From: Lingula anatina
Lineage: Eukaryota > Animalia > Brachiopoda
Direction: 5' to 3'
Assembly (NCBI GenBank): GCA_051362555.1
Contig: CM120640.1
Span: 63,652,788-63,716,787 of the forward strand
DNA length: 64,000 nucleotides
The notes under the pieces were generated by a model. That model searched no databases. It worked only from the letters and a program-made list of their open reading frames with translations, and was not told the DNA's origin. Of the stretch, positions 11,563-22,918 are shown in pieces (within the stretch, counting starts at the first letter, position 1; each line of letters starts with the position of its first letter). Both the position numbers and the translations under genes were made by a program.

Positions 11563-13730
11563 ATGACTACTTCCACATCGGTGATGAGAAGAAAGCGCCA
11601 GCAAGACCTCCTGCCTCCACTATCTCCCACGATGCTGCCTCCACCGACCCAACGTTATCGGCACGCCAATGCCCCGCTCTCCTTGGATGGCGTCAAGAGA
11701 AAAGCCACCGCTATTCTCGACGAAGTGAAAAGAGAAACCTTGGCTTTCAAAAGACAGTGGTTCGTTGGAATCGACGACGACAAGAAAGACAAATGGTTAG
11801 AATATATAGAGGACATTGTTTGTCGTGTTAGAAGTGATAAAAATTCCACAGTGACGCTACAAAGTTTTGTGTATCTGGTTGATAACATGAATCAAGACAA
11901 ATACGATCATCTCCTACAGAAACCAGAAAACGAAGAACTTCGCATGCTTAATCAAAAACACAACGAACTGAGGGAATTTCGAAGCATTATGCAGGGCAAA
12001 CTCAAGACTGCTATTATAGATAATCTGGTAAAGTTCTGCATAAGTTTTGCTGAAGAGGCAGACGAGTTTGATTCTTATCCTGTAAGAGAGTACGAAGACA
12101 CTACAATTGAAATCAAGCACCAAATAGATGAGAATTTTGAACGCCTAGAAGTTCTTGAAAAAGAAATGGCTGACATAAGCACTTCCATACAGAGATTTGT
12201 GGACGAACTGGATAAAATCATGATTTTGGTGGATGACATGGCCAACACATTTTTAGCACTATCCAAGATTGGGAAGCAATGGATCGTTCTTGATGACGGC
12301 TACGACAAAAGGGTATTGTGTCACATCAAACTTTTAGAACAGCATCGTCTTGACACCCAAAATCAAATAAAACTGGAACGCCAAAACAACGCACTGTCCC
12401 GTTTAGCGATAAAACGAAAGCAGTTTGAAACTGGGAAGGTCGAGGACGTTCTCCATCAACAGGAGGGTGCACTGGAGAAGCTGCACTTACAGAGGTGCAA
12501 CGCCATAGGCAAAAAACGAGTGTTGCAGACGAAGCTGGAAGAAAAGGAAGATTGTCTGGGAGAGTTGAATTTTAGATTCATGAAGAGTGAAAGCACCACA
12601 CCATTGGCCATTAAAAAACATGCCGAGGAAACCGCGCTTCTCAAAGCAGAAATTGAAGCTCTACGAGCAGAAATCCTTCAAGGCAACAGACAAATACAAC
12701 AACTGAAACGCAACGAAGTCCACTTGGACTGTGTCACAGACGACATTAAGATTTTCCTGAAACACGAGCACAAGGCTGAGTGTCAATTATCAAAGTCCAT
12801 CGGGCATCAAAAGTCCGACATCAAATATATGACCAGCTGTCTAGCAAGAGTTTCAAGCGAGCTTCGCGCTCTCAAGCGCATTAAAGCTTTTAGAGAGGAT
12901 CCCGAAACGGTGAAGAAGATATTCCATGGAAGTATCCGCCCACGTACCGCAGGGCCGCTTTCCAACAAATTACGGGGTAAGATTCCGAGTTTTCATTGTC
13001 GGCATGAGAGGCAGGAAGAGCTTTGAATAAAGAGAATACAAAGAGAAAAACCATGCAAAATATTCTATTATTTGAATATATATATATATATTTTTTTTTT
13101 ATTAGTTGAATATGTACATATATATACATATAACTCCGATGTTTTAAGAACTGCTTTCTTTATATCATTTCATATAACAGCACAAATCGCAGCTCGTATT
13201 CGCCAAGACTTAGACCGAGTATTTAGTGGCGTTCCTCGCACGTCACGATTGCACAACAGACCAGACTACAAGCAAGAGGAAATACGAGGTAATGCCTACA
13301 CGTTGTATTTGATAAACAAAGGTCACCTAGTACCACAATGCACATCTTAGAGGTTCTCTCTAAACAAGAGGTGGCCATCACATATCCCCACACTACGTCC
13401 CGTTGTCAAGAGTAGCTCACCCTCCGGAACCCCATCCCCTGTTAAGGCCATAAAGTATCAGTTTTTAAATAAATGGTCATTTTAAACTGGTTCTTCATGG
13501 TATATCGAATTGCCTAAAACTAATATTGTGGATAATGTGTAAAATTACTTTATTTTATATTTTCAGTGTTCGACATAGGAGAAATGCGTGGAGATGCGCG
13601 TGATAAAGCCATTCTGGACCAGTGTGTGAATATGTGGAGGGACATGAACCGCACTCCAGATATCAAACAGATCGTCAGCACGTGGAAACACAATAAGAGT
13701 CGAAAACAACACACGTCTGCACGAAAATGA
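11563..13730 (+). CDS. Uncharacterised long coiled-coil protein with C-terminal death-domain-like module (561 aa, 3 coding exons)
   Basis: First ATG 11563, after acceptor TCTTCCAG at 11551. Exons 11563-12976 (donor GTAAGA), 13181-13288 and 13567-13730 join in phase 1/1 (1686 nt). Heptad-rich body, then AQIAARIRQDLDRVF...AILDQCVNMWRDMNRTPDIKQIVSTWK. AATAAA at 14073. Confidence 0.8.
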
Positions 13731-14316
13731 CATTCTTAATAATTTGTCATCCTCAAGGTCTTCCATGTTACATCGTTTCAATGAGAGGATGTTATTAGCA
13801 TGCTACGCAATCACTTGAGGCAGTTTTTAACGATAACACAATTCATAACGTGATATAACATAGTTGTTAACAAACCGTCGTCTTCCTCAATCACAACCTA
13901 CGCAGCAATTTTATCTAACGTTTTTTATTTAAAGAAAAGAGCTGCTGAAATTATTATAGTTCCAGTATGTGTAATACTGACATTTGAAGATCTCAATACA
14001 CATCAAAGCAGGTCTCTGTATTTAATTGTTATATTGAAGATTTTATATACATTTTTATTTTCTATTTTACAGAATAAACGCAAATAATTTTTTCAGATGA
14101 TAATTTTGTTTGCTCAAAGATAATCTACAGCTGGTATTTACAAAATGTGGTTCAAGTCTGGTCTTAAATCCATTTATTACCAATTTTCAAAGGCGTGGCA
14201 ATTTTGCTCTGGCAGAGTCATTGTAATTGTAGGTCAAACAAATCTATCCAATCATTCGTTTTAGTCCAGCATATGGCAAACGAAAATCGAGTATATTCCA
14301 GTGAGCCCTTCATTTA

Positions 14317-17300
14317 TCAACTGGAAGCTTCCTCGACTTCTTTTAATTCAACATAATTTTGTAGCTTTGGATTCTCAGAGTTTCTGTCAATATGAAGTTT
14401 TCTTCCCTTGTCTCCATAAGAGAGAGGCGTCCTGCAGTCTTCGGTGCTGAATAGTCGTTTTAATGCGTCCACAGCTGCCATTTCTTCTGCAATTGTTGGC
14501 GTTTCTCCGGGAGCTACACAGAAATACAAATATCCAACACGTTTTTAAATAGCACCTTTTAGCACAAATGAAATGCATAGGAATGTCATAACTACTTATG
14601 AGCTAATATCAAATTAGAAGGTCATGGGTGCAGATCCACTCACAATTTGGCAATACACAATTACATTGAGCGGCATGTAAAATATATTGACTTCTCTGCT
14701 CTCTCAAAAAATATTGCAAACATTCCATCATGATTTCACTTTTCGTCTTCTTATTTTGGGTTATCAATACCTAACAAATGAATATCATATTATGCAAGTT
14801 TCATACAGACTTTTATTGCATCATCTCCTAGCTAGCTTAGTAGAAATCTCACCTTGCCCAATCAACTCTTTGTCACTGTAAATACCAACAACATACACAG
14901 ACAGAATAGATTTCTGTCCAGACTGAAACAGTAACCTGGAAAGCAATAAATATATCACATAAAAGAAATCACCTTGGCTGGTATTCAATAAGGTAAGAGA
15001 TGAAATAACAAAAGAAATTATTCAACCTGCACCTTGACTGTTTCAGTCAGTGTATTTGATTGAGAACCAAGAATTAATAGACTTAATAAATCTTAAAAAA
15101 TATTGACAGATATTATAATCTTTAGAAAGAAATACTGAATAATGTACTCACATAGGCCAGTTAAGTCTACTGACAACATATTTTTCTACCATACCTAGGT
15201 TCTGGTCCTCCTCTTTCTTGTTTTTGTAAAATGTTCACTAAAACACCCATTGGGTTGACAATGGACCACATCTCATTGATATCTTTGCCTATTAACTGGG
15301 TCAACACAAAATCCTGTACGAACAACTCAGCCCTCTCCATACCCTTTGGCATGAAAACAAAACATACATTGGCATTGAATTGCAAGATAATGCACAATTT
15401 GGATATGCCATAATGCCATAAAATGTAAATAACAGTTCTTTAGATTTCAAAAATAATAAATAAAAAATAAAAATAATTCTTCAGAACTTGATACAGTTTT
15501 AACTTAATTGTAATATCTATATTCATATTCATGACACTCCCACAAAAATGCCTTTTTTTAACAGCATAATTACTTTTGAGACCAAAACTGACTGAAAAAT
15601 AAAAGATGCGTTTGTATCATTGTAATGACAAGGCATTGTATGTGTCATGTACCTGGTCATGAGCCAGTGCTCCAACTACTGCCTGAAACGTCTTGCTTAA
15701 TGTTTCTTCACTCGGAGGAAAATCCTAAATGCAGAAAAGAACAAATTACTTGACTACAGTTTTACAAAAATACCTCCTTGTAAAATCTTTAGGGAAGTTA
15801 GAACAAACATAATAATGGTGAAGTCAACTTCAGAAATCTTCAGAGAGAGAGAACTATTTTAACATTCTGAATGACTGTTTGGAATCTGCTTAAACCCCAC
15901 TTGTGATCTGAAAGCATTGTATCCCCACTGCTGTTTTGAAAGCCTTTCTTTATAAAACGGAGACAATATAAATCTTCCTTTAAGTCTTAGTCCATGTTCA
16001 ACAAACTTTTAAAAAAACACCTTAACTGCATTATCTGACATCACTGGTGGACCACATTACATAAAGAGACCCAACTGTGCTTCAGGCTTTGGAATCTCAT
16101 GTGCATTGAATTAGTTGCATGGTGACATCAACTGATGCATTTCAGATGACTTCTGGCTGCACTTCGTCCAGTTGGGTTCTGGACTTTTTCACAATCAGGA
16201 CCAGAACAAAACCATGAATCACACATAAAGCATACACACATGAACAAGACACACTCATAAAAGCAAAGCAAATGCATACTTGTAATGAAAATCAAGGACT
16301 TACTGCTGACAAAATAAGATCTTTGATCCCAATATTCAGAGCAATGTAAGCTAAAAGTTCATCTGTTGTCAGGTAGTCATGGACTGCACTAGAATAAACC
16401 AATGAGATAAATTTGGTTTTTATGCCAAAATACAATCACACACTAGCTTTAAAAGATATTGACTGTGTGTGTGTGTATGTGTAACATATTGAAAAATAGT
16501 GCAAATATGAAGACCCATGGTTTTAAAGCTATCTCAATTCAATGTTTTGAAATATCATAAATTTATAAATACACATACCTTATCCCTTCCTCAGGAAAAC
16601 TTGGATAGTGATGCCTCAGGTATGCCTTTATATAATCACTTATGAGTGTCATGCCTGAATATATCACAAACATATGATAAATCTTCTCTCCACTATGTCT
16701 ATAAATGATTCAACAAAATAAATACTTTGCTTATCTAAAATTCAAGTTTGAGCTTTGATCTATACTTTTACTGTTCACAAAAGAGATCTTCTTGAATTTT
16801 CCCAAACATTTCAAGTCATAAATATAACTGCTTTGTTTACCAGAAAAAAATTGTTTGTTAAAGACGATGCACTAGTAGTATGAAAAGTATTCACCATCGG
16901 AAAATTATTCAGATGCTGTATCTGTGAAAAAACAACATACCACTGCTTATAAGATCTTCATTACTTTGAAAATCAAGCAAACCCTCATCCCCTTCGAAAC
17001 TGTCTTGTATCTTTGACTGCTCTTTTTCTACAAATGACCTTGAAGAATTGAATTATAATATTAATGAAAATCAAATTCAATAATATCATCTGCTTCAATT
17101 CAGTCATCTAAAAATGTAATTATATATATCTGCAAAGAAACAGACTAAAAAACTAAAAAGAATCCTACCTATATCAATTGTTTTACTCAAGCATGACTTT
17201 TAGATGAATTGTTTTAAAGGCCTTTCCAAATATGAAAACATTATTGTGTTTATCTGACTGATTTCCACAAGTATTAACATGTTTAGTTAACTTTTATATC

Positions 17301-19816
17301 CTTCTTATCTGAAATCCGTATAAAAGAGATATTATTATTATACACGATTGTAAATATTATTACTCAACATCTTCAATACCACACACTTTCTCTCTTAAAA
17401 CTTTCGAAACTATCGATCATTGGGAAAAATCAATTAGGACTGTCAAATTATACCTGTGAGTAAATGCCTTTTTGAGTGTGCTGTCAGTAAACTCCTCACC
17501 AAGCCTTTTCCCAAATGCATACAACTCTGCATCAAAGTTCCTAAAAGTTAAAAATTTAAAGGAGCAATCTCAATATAAGCATTCATAAGAAATCAATTTT
17601 TTATTAATATCTTCTAAAGGATTCACAGTTAACTTTAAATACATTCTTGCCATAATGATTATAATTGTCATTCTCCAGTTGACATATGTATCAGGTGGTT
17701 AAAAAAACGTTACTAATTATTAAGTTAAAATAACTCCAAAAGTTCAAAAAGCTTCTAAATTAAAATTTTGCAAAGACTTTTGATCCATTATTTTTAGTCA
17801 ATCCTGAAAATTGTTAAGTGTTAAAGTGAAACAGTTTTGATATTATCATAAATTCAAAAGCACATGCTGAGGTGTCAAAACTGCCAGACATTAGCACCTG
17901 TCAGAAGTCACATAGGCCAGCATGGCATTTTTTTTTTTTTACTAAAGATTTTAGATTTTTGGGTGTGCCTAAGAAAGGTATAAATTTTCATTATTATTAA
18001 ATCCATCACTTTCATAATATATCCTAAATTTCATTTCAATATCTTAAAAAGTGTTGAAACTGCTGAACTTTACAATTAGCAATTTAAGGCACCTTCTCTT
18101 GTTGCAACCCTTACTTTCTCTTATTCCAGTTGTTTGGTTCATATATTAAATTTTTAACAAAGACCATCTTGTGCTGCTTGTGCAGCTTCATATGACAAAT
18201 GATATAATAAAAAAACTAAACAAATGTTAATCTTTCACATTACTCAATAAAATACATGTATAGTAAGACACTTTATGTGAATTAAGCCAAAATAAATAGC
18301 TTGCAAATTTTGTTTTGCATACCAGTTGAGCCAAGATGATCTTGGTTCTTCTGGCACTGGTCCTTCCTTTATTCGCCTGTTGTACAGTTGAAGTAACAGT
18401 GGCTTTATATGTCTTTTTCTTGAATGAATACCCCGGTGTGCTGAAATTTTAATCAATATTTCCATGATATTTTCACAACATAAAAAAATTTTTCATAATG
18501 AATTGGACATTAAGTAAAGATAAAAAAACTCTGTCTGTCTGCTGTGGGATAGTGATTTTACTGGTGCTAATATCTCAATATGTTCTGTTGCAATTAAGAT
18601 AAAATGTCATTAGATTTAATATTTAAAATTCAAATATGGAAAGTACCACATCGAAGTTAAGTTTGTAATTTACTTATGCCCATCAATGCATTTCTATTAC
18701 GTAGCATTCATGCCCTGTATTAAAACAAGAGTGAAAATCTCTCATACAGAACATGCTGAACTAGGTGATTGATTTAGGTTGCCATGCTCCCAACTAGTAT
18801 TTTATATTTGTACCATGCAACTGCAATTTAAGTTATTAATTAAGCATTTACTATCACAAACTCATGGCTTGAGATCGCAAATAGCAATTAGGTGTTTTTA
18901 TTCTTGAAACAGTCCATGAAGAGGATGCATAAGCCGAAAGGTCCCACGCATTTCAAACCTAGTTTTAGTGATCTTTATAGATGCATTTTTCAGCTTAATT
19001 TATAAATTTCTAAAACAAGTCCAACCCGGCGGCTATGATCAATTACCAAGGAAGCACTGAAACTTGAAGTGACTACAATTTATCCCTACATAAGATGTCT
19101 GTATGGAATACCAAAGATAGTCTTAATATTAATTACTGCTGTCCCCTTTGCTAGTTCCTGCAGTGGGGATATGTAATTTTGGAGGGCTTATGGGATTTAG
19201 TGCAAATGTAATGCTTTGATTAAATAAAAAGTGATTTTTTTTTCTTTTTTGCAATTTCTTCTGACATTCACACTGGGTTGCTGGAGTTAATATTGGTGTC
19301 AACCATTTTTCCAGGACCTGGGAGAGGTGTAGTGCACTGTGTGACCTCTGGGGTAGATAGCTGAGGAAAGGCAGAGGTGCAGCGTTTTGTTTACTAATTT
19401 AGGGGTACGTGTGTTTGAGTGCTGCCTGTAAGAAAATTTGGTAGTCATGGTATATTTTTGTCATTAAAGTTAAAATCAAGGTGTCTCTGGTCGTGGGGGT
19501 AAGAAATGTTTCACTGAATTATTTTATTCAGGCAGTTTTGCAGGTATATGTTAGTATGGTCGTCAATGGCGAATTATTACGTGGTCTCTGCCCACCACAG
19601 AGTGCACTTTCACCGTTTCAGACAACTTTGAACGTTTCATGCTCTTAAGTCAATAAAATCCGACCTACAAGTGGATGTTTTTGAAGTCTTACTGCATTAA
19701 TACGGAAATGTAGTCATCATTTTACCTGTTACTGTACTTGGTGAAATCCTGTTTAAAAATACCCTGGATTTATTCAAAACTTGACCACAAGTACACATTC
19801 CTGAAAAAGAAGCCAT
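14317..19816 (-). CDS. MRPL44: Mitochondrial ribosomal protein L44 (mL44), 10 coding exons, 351 aa
   Basis: Exons 19726-19816, 18323-18440, 17454-17540, 16941-17038, 16579-16654, 16304-16388, 15653-15724, 15195-15343, 14853-14935, 14317-14513 (1056 nt, in frame): WNFDAELYAFGKRLGE..KAFTHRS..SNEDL..YPSFPEEGI..FVQDFVLTQLIGKDINEMW..NPMGVL..PEPRLLFQSG..YVVGIYSDKELIGQAPGETPTIAEEMAAVDALKRLF. This is the RNase III-like plus dsRBD pattern of mL44. Confidence 0.95.
17683..18193. repeat. Interspersed non-autonomous DNA-element-like repeat in MRPL44 intron
   Basis: CATATG at both ends. Interior resembles common marine-invertebrate MITE sequence (AATTTAAGGCACC..GTTGCAACCC..GCTTGTGCAGCTTCATATG). Family not established. 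Confidence 0.35.
18640..19085 (+). mobile_element. Possible Penelope-like pseudo-LTR relic with degenerate hammerhead
   Basis: (c)ATGAAGA-GG-atgcataag-CC-GAAA-GGTC at ~18916-18943 resembles the CTGANGA-stem II-GAAA core, followed by an AT-rich tail. Boundaries approximate. Confidence 0.3.
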
Positions 19817-20040
19817 GCCGTTTATCTGGCCATGTAAAACATTGCTATATATTTTCGAAATATTTTTATGATAGTTAACATGCAATTGATATTAATTAAC
19901 ATATAATTTCTAATAAATAGAAAACGATTATATCATATCAATATCAAAATATCTCAAAATAAACAGAAAAAGATTTATTATTGGAGGCAAAATAATGCGA
20001 AACTATTTTCCTGTCTCTCGCTGAACACCGTGGAGTCAAC
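19817..20040. promoter_or_regulatory. Putative bidirectional promoter and 5' UTRs shared by MRPL44 and MRPL57
   Basis: Only 224 bp separate the divergent ATGs (19816 on -, 20041 on +). Includes TCTCTCGC near 20014-20021. Confidence 0.7.
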
Positions 20041-22475
20041 ATGCACCTTACAGGGGTCCTCGGGTTTTACAAACGTATAACAAAAATCAGCGGAATGCGG
20101 CATAGAGGGTAAGGGATTGGGTTAATGTTATATTTTAAACGTACATGGCTCAGTCAAAGCGGTCACTGGCATCCTAGTATTTGCCATAAAATAATTAGAA
20201 GACCAAACTTTGCGCGAATGTCAACTAACGTTAGAACTTAAGCTTAGACTGGGTTCCCACAGATTTAGGGTGCATTCCCAGCGATTTAGATCGATCCAGA
20301 GATTTTAGACCCCATTCCCATAGATTTTAGATCGATCTATCCCTGTGGGGAGTCTCACTAGATTACTGTCAGCTTAGCCGGCTTAAGCTCGCCAGGGGGA
20401 TGGATCGATCTAAATATCTGTGTGAATGGTCTCATAGACCCCATTCCCATAGAGATTTAGATCGATCTATCCCCCTGGGGAGTCTCACTAGATTGGTGTC
20501 AGCTTTACAGACTTTAATGTCTGTCCCCCCTACTAAAAGCTGTGAGGGGGTAATTACTTAGTAACTATGGTGCGCGCAGGGCTGACAGCAATTTAGCGTG
20601 AACCCCCAGGGAGTTAGATTGATCCAGATGGATCAATCTAAATCTCTGGGAATGCAGTCTTAGATGAGCAGTCAGAGTACCTTACATCAGGGTTACTTCT
20701 ACATGTACTTCGAGTATGCTGGTATGGTTGGGGTCATACTCTAACAATTTATTTACGTTTTTATTCGCCATATAGCAAGACTTTGAAATTAATGCATATA
20801 GTTAATCCACAAAAAGCTATGTGTCGCATGGTAGATTTTTTCTCTGCAGTAAGTATAGGACAATAACTAAAAAACTAAAAAAATTAATAATAAAAAAGAC
20901 AATAGATGTAGCAACCATGAACGAAATTGCTAAAGATAACAGAAGTACAGCAACATATGTAGTTGTTAATGCTCATTTTAGTCAAAGAACTTCAAGGGTA
21001 CATTTAAACTGTCAATTGCCAAACAATAAGATGGACATAATCAAAGACAAAATTTTTTAAAGTGATTATTTTTCTTGGTACAGTTGTTAAGACAAATGGC
21101 AAAGTCATGGGGATGTGATTTTTTTCTTGTTTTTAGCTAGATTCCACTAAATGCAGCTTTTCATCAGTGATATATAAATTAGGGTGAAACAATTCCACCA
21201 AGATCTTATTTGGAAGAGAAACATACCTCATATTGTATTGTGTGATAACCTCAATGAGGTTGTGTCAAGGAAGCTGGGAGCCTATGATAGGTCAATTTTA
21301 ACAAACTGGCCTCAAATTCTGAAATAAAATCATGATTTATTTTTGTTTTCAAGAGTTAAACGTCAAATTATGAATTTAGGTATTTCTGTACATGTGGGTG
21401 AGTGATGTTATGTATGTATGTTTTACGCAAAGGCAGATGTTTGTGTTTTATCAACATAGAATAAAAGGACTTAGAAAGAGTGCTGTGAAGAAAATCATTG
21501 GCACGCAGGAATTAGTAATAGTGATTACTTCTAAAGGCATTTAACTATTTGTAACCACATTCTGTTTGTAGCCCTTGATTGGTTAATGAACCTAAAAACC
21601 ACATAAAATGACTTGAATACCTCAGCAGTCTTTCATAATGTAAAAAAGTTAACTTTCACAGTAATGTAATAAAATTGCCATACATATGCCACAATGGTGT
21701 GGAAGCTTGCAAAACGTACCTCTGACTATAAACTTTAAAATTCAAAATTAAATTGAAACAGCAATTAAATCTGAGAATCAGCTTCACTTTTTCTCTGTCA
21801 ACATTGTATAAACAAATGGTACTGAATTAAAATATAAAATGATTAAACGCGTTAATGAATTGTTTTACTTTATTTTTTAATTAATTTTACTGAAGAAAGA
21901 AAAGGTTGATTTTAAACTTGTATACAAGACTGAAAGGGGTTTTCTTTTTGGTCACCAATAAAGGGTTTAAAAAATAGATAATGGTGTCCTTCTCATTGAA
22001 ATGATACTGGTATTTTGCTTTCAGGAAACATCGGATCATTCCCCAAGTCACACCTAAAATAAAGATGCAAGTGGTGGAAGATGTTTTCCTCCAAAAAAGG
22101 AATCTGGACATTCTAGCGAAACCATATATAACAAAGGTGTATATATATATATATAATAGTGTTTAAATAGCTAGAGCAAACTGCTTGTGGCTTGAAAAAG
22201 TCTACATGAAGCTGACAATATAAGATGATATTGTTCATACAATTTTAAGATATTTAAGCACTGAAAGATAACTATGCTTTACTTATCAAGTTATCAATAT
22301 TATTATTTTTGTCCAGGAGCAAGAATATGGACACATGGCAGCTCTGGGAAAAGAAAATGCCAGCAGAGTGAACTTTAAAGCAAAAATTGTGGAAGAAAAA
22401 AGACAAAAATTTTGTCAACATAGATCTCTTGAAGATCAGTTAGAACATTTAAATAACAAAAAAGCCTGGGAGTAA
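20041..22475 (+). CDS. MRPL57: Mitochondrial ribosomal protein L57 / MRP63 (mL63), 3 coding exons, 112 aa
   Basis: Exons 20041-20108, 22025-22136, 22317-22475 give MHLTGVLGFYKRITKISGMRHRGKHRIIPQVTPKIKMQVVEDVFLQKRNLDILAKPYITKEQEYGHMAALGKENASRVNFKAKIVEEKRQKFCQHRSLEDQLEHLNNKKAWE*. It carries the MRP63 hallmarks GKHR, PYxTxEQExGH and DQLxHLNxxKxW. Not in the ORF track. Confidence 0.93.
20245..20663. mobile_element. Tandem stack of palindromic Harbinger-like MITEs in MRPL57 intron 1
   Basis: Repeated terminus (C)ATTCCCA.AGATTTAGATCGATC at ~20272, 20313 and 20442, with inverted partners GATCGATCTAAAT..GAATG at ~20403 and 20631. Units are joined at TTA/TAG trinucleotides. Confidence 0.65.
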
Positions 22476-22918
22476 TTGCTGTAGTAGGATCATATGAGAA
22501 ACCAATCTAACACAAATGTTTGTTGAAAGGACTTAAAGGAGTGAGAACTGAATCTGCTTGTTAAATCACTCTTGCGTCATGTTTTCTGCATTTTGGTCAT
22601 AAAAGGTTAATTTTTTCCAAAAAAACTGAGAAATCCAGTTATTATTATTGTTGTTGTTTTTCTGTTTGAAGGACTAATACTTCTCATATGCATCCAAGGA
22701 AAATGACTGTTCACAGCCTGAATATTTTCAAAGGTGTATTTATTTCTTATTTGTTCATTTTATCAAAATTTTTATGTATTATTAAATTTCATCTGGCGAC
22801 ATCCTTTTGACTCATGTTATGGTCATCCAGGTCCTTCAGCTCCTATTTGTTTTCTATGAAAATGGATAATAAACAAATAATACATAATACAAAAATATAT
22901 ATAATAATATTATAATCC

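Noticed and set aside
11533-13026. 497-aa single-exon gene as given by the ORF track
   Set aside because: It starts at a non-ATG codon and reads through a strong donor at 12977; the spliced three-exon model is better supported.
16893-16922. Apparent AG..GT mini-exon in MRPL44
   Set aside because: Introduces a stop or frameshift; exon 16941-17038 joins 16579-16654 directly in frame.
20800-21720. Exon-like AG/GT-bounded segments in MRPL57 intron 1
   Set aside because: No consistent open frame or recognisable motif, and MRPL57 is complete without them.
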